Shown: positions 10,231 through 18,520 of the stretch, piece after piece | How the letters are laid out: each line of letters opens with the position of its first letter | Numbering within the stretch: position 1 is the stretch's first letter | Assembly (NCBI GenBank): GCA_963727805.1 | Contig: CAVSHF010000005.1 | Span: 288,001 to 352,000 of the forward strand | Source of the DNA: an uncultured Nitrospiraceae bacterium | GTDB taxonomy: Bacteria > Nitrospirota > Thermodesulfovibrionia > Thermodesulfovibrionales > Dissulfurispiraceae | Reading direction: 5' to 3' | DNA: 64,000 bases | Notes under the pieces: generated by a model | The model's database searches: none | Told to the model about the DNA's origin: nothing | The model's input: only the letters and a program-made list of their open reading frames with translations | Translations under genes and position numbers: made by a program

Positions 10231-11451
10231 TCACAGGCCCTTCAAAAGCTTCACTACTGATCGCGCATCTGCCTCTTCAAGAAAAGTGCTTGTTGAGAGC
10301 GTTACAGTCCTCTCCGAAATATACCGGGCATTGGCACAATGCCGGTTGGATACAATGTCTTTTAAATAGCCGTAATCCGCGATCGCCAGGGCATACACGA
10401 ATGATCCCCCATGCCCAGATTCTTCGAGAGCTCTGAGAGCCCTTGCCCTCTTCCCAGGATCATCGAAGATTAAGGTCACGAACGGATACGTTGCGATACT
10501 ATCCTGTGGCTCAGAGATCAATTTAATCCCTTTGATACCTTCAAGGCACTTAATGTAAAATAACGCCTTTCGCCTCTGCTTTCTTGCTTCCTCATCTAGG
10601 CGGGAAAATTGACTGTGTCCGATCAACTGTCTTACTGTCGATACTGTATGGAGCGGAAAATTGAGATCAAAATCTTCCATGGCCGCCTTTATCGTATCCC
10701 CCCTCCAGATCCAATAAAGCTGTGGAAGTCTGAATACAAACCAGAACAGCAGAGGCCGGTAGAAGACAGCATACCCGAACAACTTTAGGATCATCGCCAT
10801 TTCGGAAAAGAGATCCTTTTGAACTACTCTCTGTATAGTTCTATCGAGCAGTTCGGCATATTCTTTATTGCCTGTAGCGGCTATTCCGCCTTCATACGTG
10901 GTTAACCCTTTGCCGCGGCAAAGGCTGAAGAAGGAGAAATCCCCGCGTGTTCCGACCTTCTCTCCTTTATAAGACGCCCCTAGAGATTGGGCGCAATCCT
11001 CTATGGTAAAAACAGCATACTTTTTTGCAATATTCTCTACCGCATCAAACTCGACAGGTATGCCAGCAAGATGAACAGCCACGATAGCAAGGACATCTGT
11101 ATTCGCTCTGCACAAGGCTGCAAGCATTTCTGCATCGAAACTGAAATCATCCTTATTGATATCGCAAACCTCTACATTAAGGCCGGCCTTCTTTATAGCG
11201 AGGGGGATGAGAGGACAGACAAAAGAAGGAATAATCACCGTTTTCTTCTTAGATAATTCTTTCAGGCTTTCGAGGATCAAGAAGAAGGCAGCGGTTCCGG
11301 AATAGGTCACCCTTGCAGATGCAAGATTCAGATAATGACTGAAATCATCCTCAAGACAATTTCTCCGCTCTTTAAGCGTAAAGACAGATAGAAAGTCTTT
11401 CGCATAAAGGGGGAATCCGGCAGTAGGCGGGATCTCTCTAAAAATGGCCAA
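10231..11451 (-). CDS. DegT/DnrJ/EryC1/StrS family PLP aminotransferase
   Basis: SGTAA, VHLAG, IEDCAQSLG, FFSLCRGKGLTTYEGG (PLP Lys present). Confidence 0.85.
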   Translation of the reverse strand: MAIFREIPPTAGFPLYAKDFLSVFTLKERRNCLEDDFSHYLNLASARVTYSGTAAFFLILESLKELSKKKTVIIPSFVCPLIPLAIKKAGLNVEVCDINKDDFSFDAEMLAALCRANTDVLAIVAVHLAGIPVEFDAVENIAKKYAVFTIEDCAQSLGASYKGEKVGTRGDFSFFSLCRGKGLTTYEGGIAATGNKEYAELLDRTIQRVVQKDLFSEMAMILKLFGYAVFYRPLLFWFVFRLPQLYWIWRGDTIKAAMEDFDLNFPLHTVSTVRQLIGHSQFSRLDEEARKQRRKALFYIKCLEGIKGIKLISEPQDSIATYPFVTLIFDDPGKRARALRALEESGHGGSFVYALAIADYGYLKDIVSNRHCANARYISERTVTLSTSTFLEEADARSVVKLLKGL

Positions 11452-12253
11452 GGGAGTGAATATTTTCCTTGAAAAACTTGATTGTTTCTTCTGCTACCCG
11501 ATCCTTTTGGTTGTCCAGAGGCAACATGTGATAGGTATCATCCAGGAGAACCTTTCGAACCAGGTGCGTACCGATATTCTTCTCGATATAATTCGCGTTT
11601 TTTATGCTCGCGACATCATCCTCGAGTGCATGAAGGATCAGTGTCGGCACATTCACCTTGTGAAGGTTCTTCTTCACTATCTTTATCAGCTTGAAGAGTT
11701 CATGCATGCTTTGAGACGGGAAACTGGCATACGCAACCGAATTCTCCTTATCCTTAAGGGCTATCTCGACCTGCCTCCTCATGCGTTCGTTCTTTACGCC
11801 GTAGGGTGGACGTTCTTCATAAGAAGCAAAATATTTCAGGGGTGGCAGATAGAATACCGGCAGAATGAACTTATACCAGGGTAAGCTCCAACCATCGTAA
11901 AAGAGAGTCGTCGACAGGGTCGCAATGGAGGAAACCTCGTCTCCCTCTTCATAGGCTAGATGAAGGGCCAGGAGTGCACCCATACATAAGCCGGACACAG
12001 AAACAGTTTTATAGCACTTCTTCATTTCTTTAAATGTGTCACGGACTGTACCGTACCAATCATGCCAGGTTGTCGCCGTAAGCTGCTCCAATGTTTGGCC
12101 GTGACCGGCGAGGCCGGGTCCTTTTACCGTAAAACCGCTGTTGTGCAGTTTTTTTGCAAGCGGTTTCAATTCAAAGGGGCTGCCAGTAAGGCCATGAATT
12201 AAGAGGACCGCATGTTCACCGCCCACCAGGTCTATTTTATAGTTATTGATCAT
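11438..12253 (-). CDS. Alpha/beta hydrolase (carboxylesterase-like) with GLCMG nucleophile elbow
   Basis: LIHGLTGSP, GHG, GLCMG, EDDVA, TYHML; ATG at 12253 overlaps the upstream stop. Confidence 0.85.
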   Translation of the reverse strand: MINNYKIDLVGGEHAVLLIHGLTGSPFELKPLAKKLHNSGFTVKGPGLAGHGQTLEQLTATTWHDWYGTVRDTFKEMKKCYKTVSVSGLCMGALLALHLAYEEGDEVSSIATLSTTLFYDGWSLPWYKFILPVFYLPPLKYFASYEERPPYGVKNERMRRQVEIALKDKENSVAYASFPSQSMHELFKLIKIVKKNLHKVNVPTLILHALEDDVASIKNANYIEKNIGTHLVRKVLLDDTYHMLPLDNQKDRVAEETIKFFKENIHSLGHF

Positions 12254-12609
12254 GGCTGGACGATAAATACTATACCCAGCGCTATAAAAAAAGCTCCGGC
12301 CCATTCGATTTTGCTTACACTTTCCTTAAGGACAAAGGCTGCAAACACTATCATTATTACTTCCTGAATCCCGGTAAGTGGAAAGGCTATAGCCAAGGGA
12401 ATATACATGAGAAGCACTATCCAGAGGACCATTTCAACCAAGTAAATAAGGACACCGATAATAACCCATTTATTCCGAACAACGTTCAGAAAATACCTGA
12501 CCCCGCGCACATCCTGGTGTTTCTGTGCGCCTTTTTTTAAACATAATTGCGTTGCCCCCTGAAGAACAGCTCCCATCATGAATAACGGCAGCCATTTAAG
12601 TATTGCCAT
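12250..12609 (-). CDS. Small 4-TM SMR/EamA-like membrane protein (ArnE/ArnF-like)
   Basis: 119 aa; QLCLKKG, PLAIAFP, LKE.VS..EW.G..FIALG. Confidence 0.75.
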   Translation of the reverse strand: MAILKWLPLFMMGAVLQGATQLCLKKGAQKHQDVRGVRYFLNVVRNKWVIIGVLIYLVEMVLWIVLLMYIPLAIAFPLTGIQEVIMIVFAAFVLKESVSKIEWAGAFFIALGIVFIVQP

Positions 12610-12630
12610 GATCTGACTCGCTCGGCATCG

Positions 12631-14013
12631 TTATGCCCCACATCTCTTTAACAAGAGCTCAAAGAGCCTAACGAAAAGGTCCATCTCATCGAATGAAATA
12701 GTTAACGCAGGTGCAAGTGTGAACGCATTCTTATAATATCCCCCTACATCGAGCACCAATCCATAATGCTCTCCATCGACCTCAAGATTTCCTTTCAGCC
12801 CCTCCTGAAATATCGCGTCTGTAAGATCCCTGTTTGGCGTGTATCCGTCAGATTTTGTCAGTTCTATTCTCACGGCAAGTCCGAGGCCGTCAACATCGCC
12901 CATGACAGGATAATGCTTCTTCAGCTTTCTTAATGCATCAAGCAAATACGCACCTTTTTCGTTAACTGCGCTCTCAAAGTCATATTTTTTGAGAAGCTCC
13001 ATCGTTGCTAGTCCGGCGGCAGTCCCCAAGGGATTGCTCGAGAAGGTGGAATGAGTACAGCCGGGCGGAAATATCTTCGGATTGATAAGCTCTTCCCGCG
13101 CCCAAAGGCCCGATAAGGGATTCATGCCGTTGGTTAGAGATTTTGCAAAGGCTACCACGTCGGGCCTAACTCCGAAGTGTTCCATTGCCCAGAGCTTTCC
13201 AGTCCGGTAAAATCCCATCTGGATTTCGTCATCCACCAATAGGATATTATGTTCCTTCAGAATCGCTGCAAGCCTCCCGAAATATTCAGGAGGAGGAATA
13301 ATATATCCTCCGGTGGCCTGTATGGGCTCGACAAAAAAAGCTGCGTATTCGACATCCTTATCCTTAGCATCGATGACGCCGTAATATTCGGTCTCGAAGA
13401 GCTTCTCGAACTGCTTTACACACTCGTAACCGCATGAAGCACGATCTTTTTCGTAAAAGCATCTGAAGCAGTAAGGGAATGGGACAAACGTAGCCCTGTT
13501 GCCAAAGTGGCCATATCTCTTGCGGTATCTGAAACTGCTCGTAATCTCTGTCGCCGCCAGCGTTCGGCCATGGTACCCTCCCATGAAGGAGAACATGAGA
13601 GACTTGCCCTTTTTATAATTGCGCACCAGTTTAATACTGTCCTCGATCGCCTGAGCTCCGCCGACATTGAAATGTATCCTTCCTTTTTCACCAAACCTTT
13701 TTTCAGTCTCTTGAGCGATAGCAGAGGCTAGGAGGATTTTCTCTTTGTGTAGATACTGGGATGCCACCTGAGGGAGGGTCGCCATCTGTCGGTTATGGGC
13801 CTCTTCGATATCCTTGTTCCTGTATCCAAAATTTACGGCGGAATACCACATCTGCATATCCAAGTAAGGCTTACCGTGAGTGTCGAAGAGCCACGACCCT
13901 TCACACCGTTCAAAAATGACTGGCTTATCGGAATAATGGACCGTATCGCCATAGGAACAATACTTAGCTTCCAATTCCAATAGTTCCTGGTCCGTTAACG
14001 TGCAAGATTGCAT
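12631..14013 (-). CDS. Class III PLP aminotransferase
   Basis: GGYHGRT, FVEPIQATGG, DDEIQMGFYRTG, FAKSLTNG, HSTF. Confidence 0.92.
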   Translation of the reverse strand: MQSCTLTDQELLELEAKYCSYGDTVHYSDKPVIFERCEGSWLFDTHGKPYLDMQMWYSAVNFGYRNKDIEEAHNRQMATLPQVASQYLHKEKILLASAIAQETEKRFGEKGRIHFNVGGAQAIEDSIKLVRNYKKGKSLMFSFMGGYHGRTLAATEITSSFRYRKRYGHFGNRATFVPFPYCFRCFYEKDRASCGYECVKQFEKLFETEYYGVIDAKDKDVEYAAFFVEPIQATGGYIIPPPEYFGRLAAILKEHNILLVDDEIQMGFYRTGKLWAMEHFGVRPDVVAFAKSLTNGMNPLSGLWAREELINPKIFPPGCTHSTFSSNPLGTAAGLATMELLKKYDFESAVNEKGAYLLDALRKLKKHYPVMGDVDGLGLAVRIELTKSDGYTPNRDLTDAIFQEGLKGNLEVDGEHYGLVLDVGGYYKNAFTLAPALTISFDEMDLFVRLFELLLKRCGA

Positions 14014-14714
14014 ATTTGCTGTCCTTCCTCGACATGATTAGCAAGATTTAAGCTGCCGGAAGCCGGCACGACCTCTATCCCTTCTTTAATCCATTTCACA
14101 ATATCAGAAAAATCCTCAAAGGGCCGGAAACGCAGGCCAGCTTCCGCGCAGAAATGACCTAGTTTCCCCTTTGAAAAGATAAAAGCAGCTTTTTGAGCAA
14201 GACAAAAATCACTCCTGCCGTCACCGATCAGAATGACCGATCGGTCGCCGCTCAGATTCTTTGTCGCCAAGCATTTGCAGGTACCCGATGAGCATTGCCT
14301 GTTCGCGTAAGGGAAGACGGTTTTCAGTCCAATCCGCTTCTTTATCAACCCGTTTGCATAGATCCTAGGCATCTTCATAAAGCCGGCGTTTCCGAGGAGC
14401 CTCTCAATAAACACGTTGAATCCGTCACTGACTATAGCAAACGGTACCCCCATCTCATTTAATAGATGGGTGAAACCGAGAAAATTAGGATCTACTTCGA
14501 ATCGATCAATGAAAGCAAGAACATCCGCCACAGATTCATTGATGAGGGACATCTGGATTTCCAGACATTCGCGGGAGCCCATCTGTCCCGCTTCCCACAA
14601 CCTCTCAGGGATTTCCCATCCGGTTTTGGCGAACTGCTGTATGACGGCATCCGTAATATCCTGATCGACAATCGTTCCATCAAAGTCGATCGCCACAAAG
14701 AAATCCGATGTCAT
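13995..14714 (-). CDS. MtnX-like HAD-IB phosphatase
   Basis: DFDGTI motif I, VSDG, GTCKC, IGDGRSD. Confidence 0.88.
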   Translation of the reverse strand: MTSDFFVAIDFDGTIVDQDITDAVIQQFAKTGWEIPERLWEAGQMGSRECLEIQMSLINESVADVLAFIDRFEVDPNFLGFTHLLNEMGVPFAIVSDGFNVFIERLLGNAGFMKMPRIYANGLIKKRIGLKTVFPYANRQCSSGTCKCLATKNLSGDRSVILIGDGRSDFCLAQKAAFIFSKGKLGHFCAEAGLRFRPFEDFSDIVKWIKEGIEVVPASGSLNLANHVEEGQQICNLAR

Positions 14715-14965
14715 GAGACGTCCTGGTGGTCCTTTTTCATCTCCTGTTTCAGATCTGTTGCAGGGTTAACTTTCGTTTGTTCTTTATCACTATCATGATC
14801 ATTATCAACTGCTGTCTTGTTCATGTCCGACATCGCCTTTTTGAATTCGCGAATACTCTTACCGATACCGGCCCCAAGTTCCGGAAGCTTTTTCGGCCCC
14901 ACAACAAGCAATGCAATGGCTAATATAACCACCAAATGCATGGGTTGAAATAAACCTTCTAGCAT
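14711..14965 (-). CDS. tatA: Twin-arginine translocase TatA/TatE family subunit
   Basis: HLVVILAIALLVVGPKKLPELGAGIGKSIREFKKAM. Confidence 0.9.
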   Translation of the reverse strand: MLEGLFQPMHLVVILAIALLVVGPKKLPELGAGIGKSIREFKKAMSDMNKTAVDNDHDSDKEQTKVNPATDLKQEMKKDHQDVS

Positions 14966-15007
14966 AGCATTTATACCCCCTCTTCATTAACAAACGTCAT
15001 ATGACAC

Positions 15008-15024
15008 AACAACTTTCATGCCTA
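15008..15024 (-). promoter_or_regulatory. Putative sigma54 -24/-12 promoter of the tatA-led cluster
   Basis: Minus strand TAGGCATGAAAGTTGTT: GG-N10-GT versus consensus TGGCAC-N5-TTGC; the -12 element is imperfect. Confidence 0.45.
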
Positions 15025-15280
15025 CATAATTTACTTTGTTTATCAACCTGACAATCATGGATGCAGATGCAACTGCGCAATTTTAGTATACACTTTTTGC
15101 AAGAACCGTCTCAAATACTGAAATTGAGATCCTCAATTCAATAGGAATCAAGGCAGATTTCTCAGCAATTAATGAGTGCAGATTATGACGTCGTGAGAAT
15201 GCTACAGTCTAAGCCATGCACGCATCCTGATTATTATGAGTAGGGTAGTCTTGGGTAGGCACGAAAGACCTCATCTGTAT

Positions 15281-16909
15281 CTACCCAGCGAGGGCCTTGC
15301 TATACTCTGCCCATAATCTTTCCTTTGACACTCCTATATTGATAAAGTCCCAAGGCAACACTTCATCAAATCTTTTTTCCCTGAATACATAATATGCCAG
15401 CTCTATTGCCTCATCGGTACAGGCCTTGCGATAGTCATCGGTTTCGACCATCCTTTCGATCACCGGGAACACCCTCCGGTCGCCAAGAGAAAATAGTCCT
15501 TGCATGTGAGCGAACTTGGGCACATCATGAAAGACCTTGATCCCTTTTGTTTCGAGAGACTTCCTTATCAGTCTGATCTTCCGCTTGACCGGTTCGAGCG
15601 GCATCATGGCATGCCACTGAAATGGAGTAAAGGGTTTGGGAACAAATGTGCTTACGCTTAGAACGACGCCCCTCTGAGTGCTGAGGGCTCTCACCTTCTT
15701 TACAAGCTCTATGATGCCAGCGATGTCTTCGTCGGTCTCAGTCGGGAGCCCGATCATGAAATAGAGCCTCAGTGTTTCTATCTCCGACCCAAAGAGAAGT
15801 CCGGCCGTCGAAAGTATGTCCTGCTCCGTCACCTGCTTGTTGATAACATTCCTGAGCCTCTCGGTTCCTGCCTCGGGGGCGATGGAAACACTCTTGTGGC
15901 CTTTCAACAACCCGACAAGTGCAGCGCTCCTATTGCTTGCCCGAAGAGAAGTGATTGAGAACCGCACACCCTCCATGCAAAGGATGTCTTGAATACGTGG
16001 ATAATCGGACAGTGAAGGCCCGATGATCCCTATTTTCCCGGTGACCTTCTTGCCTTCCCCGATCTCTTCCCTGACCTGATCGATCTTTTTTTCCCTAAGA
16101 GGACCAAAGAAGTTGCCCACGAGACAGAAGCGGCAGCTCCACGGGCATCCCCTCATAATCTCGATGAGATACATGCCGGAAAATTCGGTTTCATTGGTGA
16201 TGACAGTTGTATTGAGAGGAGCGAGTGAAAGGTCTTTGACGTATCTCTTCCGGACTACATCTGGTGCGCCATCTTTTGCGGTTCGACATGCTATCGTTCC
16301 GTCTTCACGATAGGATATCTCATATGCCGAAGGTACATATATGCCGCTAATTTGTGCAGCCTTTGTCATCAGATCGTTTCTCCCGACGGCAAGCTTATAC
16401 AGTTGGATGAATTCTCCCAGGGACTCCTCTGCCTCACCGATAAAGATGGCATCGAATGCGGGTGCAATCGGTTCGGGATTGAACGAGACACAAACTCCTC
16501 CGGCAATGACCAGGGGGTGGTAGTCGCCGCGCCCAGTTGAACTGAAAGGTATCTTGGAAAGACTCAATATTCTTATAACATTCGGATAATCGTTTTCGAA
16601 AGAAAGGGAGAAGGCTATCATGTCGAAAGAATTCAATGGCTTCTTGGATTCAAGAGAGAAGACAGGGGTACAGGTCCGCCGATATTCGATGACATCGGTA
16701 GTATCGGGAAGAAAGGCTCTCTCGCACACAACATCGTCCCGCCGATTGAGAAGTCCATAAATGCCCTGATATCCAAGGTTCGACATCCCCACGTGGTAGG
16801 TGTTTGGATAGACAAGGCAGACCGAAATCTTTCCACCGGGGTCTTTAAAAACGGTGCCCCTTTCCTTTGTCAGAAGAAAGTCTGCCTTTTCGATGAGCTT
16901 GCGGTTCAT
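15281..16909 (-). CDS. Radical SAM protein with N-terminal B12-binding-like domain
   Basis: RGCPWSCRFC (CxxxCxxC); YPNTYHVGMSNLG; APEAGTERLR; YFMIGLPTE. Confidence 0.88.
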   Translation of the reverse strand: MNRKLIEKADFLLTKERGTVFKDPGGKISVCLVYPNTYHVGMSNLGYQGIYGLLNRRDDVVCERAFLPDTTDVIEYRRTCTPVFSLESKKPLNSFDMIAFSLSFENDYPNVIRILSLSKIPFSSTGRGDYHPLVIAGGVCVSFNPEPIAPAFDAIFIGEAEESLGEFIQLYKLAVGRNDLMTKAAQISGIYVPSAYEISYREDGTIACRTAKDGAPDVVRKRYVKDLSLAPLNTTVITNETEFSGMYLIEIMRGCPWSCRFCLVGNFFGPLREKKIDQVREEIGEGKKVTGKIGIIGPSLSDYPRIQDILCMEGVRFSITSLRASNRSAALVGLLKGHKSVSIAPEAGTERLRNVINKQVTEQDILSTAGLLFGSEIETLRLYFMIGLPTETDEDIAGIIELVKKVRALSTQRGVVLSVSTFVPKPFTPFQWHAMMPLEPVKRKIRLIRKSLETKGIKVFHDVPKFAHMQGLFSLGDRRVFPVIERMVETDDYRKACTDEAIELAYYVFREKRFDEVLPWDFINIGVSKERLWAEYSKALAG

Positions 16910-16945
16910 GGATTCTATGACCCCGCTAATCCACTAAATCGTAAT

Positions 16946-18511
16946 TCACGATTGCATCTTTTTTCTCAGGAATGTCGGGATGTCATATTCGTCTTCAGGC
17001 GGGATCGACGATTCTGCAAGAATCATGTCGCGAGTAAGGGAATCGACCAATAATGGCTTCTTCACAATTTCAGCCGCCTCAACTCTTTCGGCAAATAGCA
17101 CCGTCTCATTAATTAGCTCAGGTATCGGCTCAGGTATCGGCTCAGGTATCGGCTCAGGTATCGGCTCAGGTATCGGCTCAGGTATCGGCTCAGGTATCGG
17201 CTCAGATATCGGCTCAGATATCGGCTCAGATATCGGCTCAGATATCGGCTCAGATATCGGCTCAGATATCGGCTCAGATATCGGCTCAGATATCGGCTCA
17301 GATATCGGCTCAGATATCGGCTCAGATATCGGCTCAATAGTTTTCTCGTCCTTGATCTCAGGAGAGGGAGCAGTTAATGCCGTATGCGGAATTTTATCTT
17401 TCTTATTTTTATTTTCCCTTGATGTCTGGGAAAGGGTATCGGAAAACATATCAATGCTCTTTGAAAATGTCTTGCCCGATGCCTTGATTGCGGAAGCGGG
17501 TACTTCTTTTTTCGGTGTCCACTTTTGCGTCTCGGGCAGTTCGACTTTTTCGGACTTTTCGTCGAGCCCTGTGGCAATTACCGTAACCCTAATCTGCTCA
17601 TCCATCTCGGGATCGATAACCGCGCCGAGTATGATATTCGCATCTTCGTGAGCATTATCATGAATGAGCGAGGCGGCCTGCTGTATCTCGTCGAGAGAAA
17701 TATTAGGACCACCGGTAATATTGATAAGAATGCCTTTTGCCCCCTCAATGGAAGATTTTTCGAGAAGGGGGTTCAATATAGCCTTCTTTGCCGCTTCGAA
17801 TGCCCCACCCTCACCTCTGCCCATGCCCATACCGATAACAGCCTTGCCCGCCTTCTGCATTATTGCCTTGATATCTGCGAAGTCAAGATTGATGAGACCA
17901 GGCACCAGGATAAGGTCTGAAATGCCCTGAACAGCCTGCCTGAGAACATCATTGACCGTGGAAAAAGACTGGAGAAGTGATGTTCCCTTCTCCACCACTA
18001 GGCTAATCCTGTCATTCGGTATGACAATTAGGGTATTGACATGATTTTTTAGCTCATGAATGCCTTCTTCCGCATTCATCGCCCTCTTTTTGCCCTCGAA
18101 AAAAAAGGGCTTTGTCACTATGCCCACAGTAAGAATGCCCATATCCTTTGCCAAGCCGGCAATTACCGGAGCAGCCCCGGTCCCGGTACCTCCCCCCATA
18201 CCAGCGGTGATAAAGACCATATCGGCTCCTTCGATAAATCCTTCAAGCACGTCCTTGCTTTCTAGGGCAGCTTCCCTGCCGATCACTGGATTGGATCCTG
18301 CGCCGAGTCCCCTTGTCAGGTCCGATCCTATCTGGATCCTGGCAGGTGCCAGCGATGCCTCCAGATGCTGTATGTCAGTATTTACAGCGATAAACTCTAC
18401 GCCGTAAACCTGCGCAGCAACCATACTATTAATAGCATTGCCGCCTCCCCCACCGACGCCGATCACCTTAATCTTTGCTGCCGGTCTTCCGACATCTTCA
18501 ATTTCAAACAT
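16946..18511 (-). CDS. ftsZ: Cell division protein FtsZ
   Basis: GVGGGGGNA, GMGGGTGTG, NLDFAD, C-terminal DIPTFLRK. Confidence 0.98.
   Translation of the reverse strand: MFEIEDVGRPAAKIKVIGVGGGGGNAINSMVAAQVYGVEFIAVNTDIQHLEASLAPARIQIGSDLTRGLGAGSNPVIGREAALESKDVLEGFIEGADMVFITAGMGGGTGTGAAPVIAGLAKDMGILTVGIVTKPFFFEGKKRAMNAEEGIHELKNHVNTLIVIPNDRISLVVEKGTSLLQSFSTVNDVLRQAVQGISDLILVPGLINLDFADIKAIMQKAGKAVIGMGMGRGEGGAFEAAKKAILNPLLEKSSIEGAKGILINITGGPNISLDEIQQAASLIHDNAHEDANIILGAVIDPEMDEQIRVTVIATGLDEKSEKVELPETQKWTPKKEVPASAIKASGKTFSKSIDMFSDTLSQTSRENKNKKDKIPHTALTAPSPEIKDEKTIEPISEPISEPISEPISEPISEPISEPISEPISEPISEPISEPISEPIPEPIPEPIPEPIPEPIPEPIPEPIPELINETVLFAERVEAAEIVKKPLLVDSLTRDMILAESSIPPEDEYDIPTFLRKKMQS
17116..17336. 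repeat. 12-bp tandem repeat, 18 units, inside ftsZ (encodes EPIS x11, EPIP x7)
   Basis: 7x GCTCAGGTATCG, then 11x GCTCAGATATCG, then a partial GCTCA. Confidence 0.97.
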
Positions 18512-18520
18512 GGGGACCTC

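Noticed and set aside
13995..14714. Methionine salvage gene mtnX
   Set aside because: Family resemblance only; no other mtn genes nearby, so no symbol assigned
17113..17337. Alternative-frame ORFs (SRYL)n and (SGIG/SDIG)n; possible CRISPR array
   Set aside because: These are other readings of the 12-bp repeat inside ftsZ; the units are contiguous with no spacers
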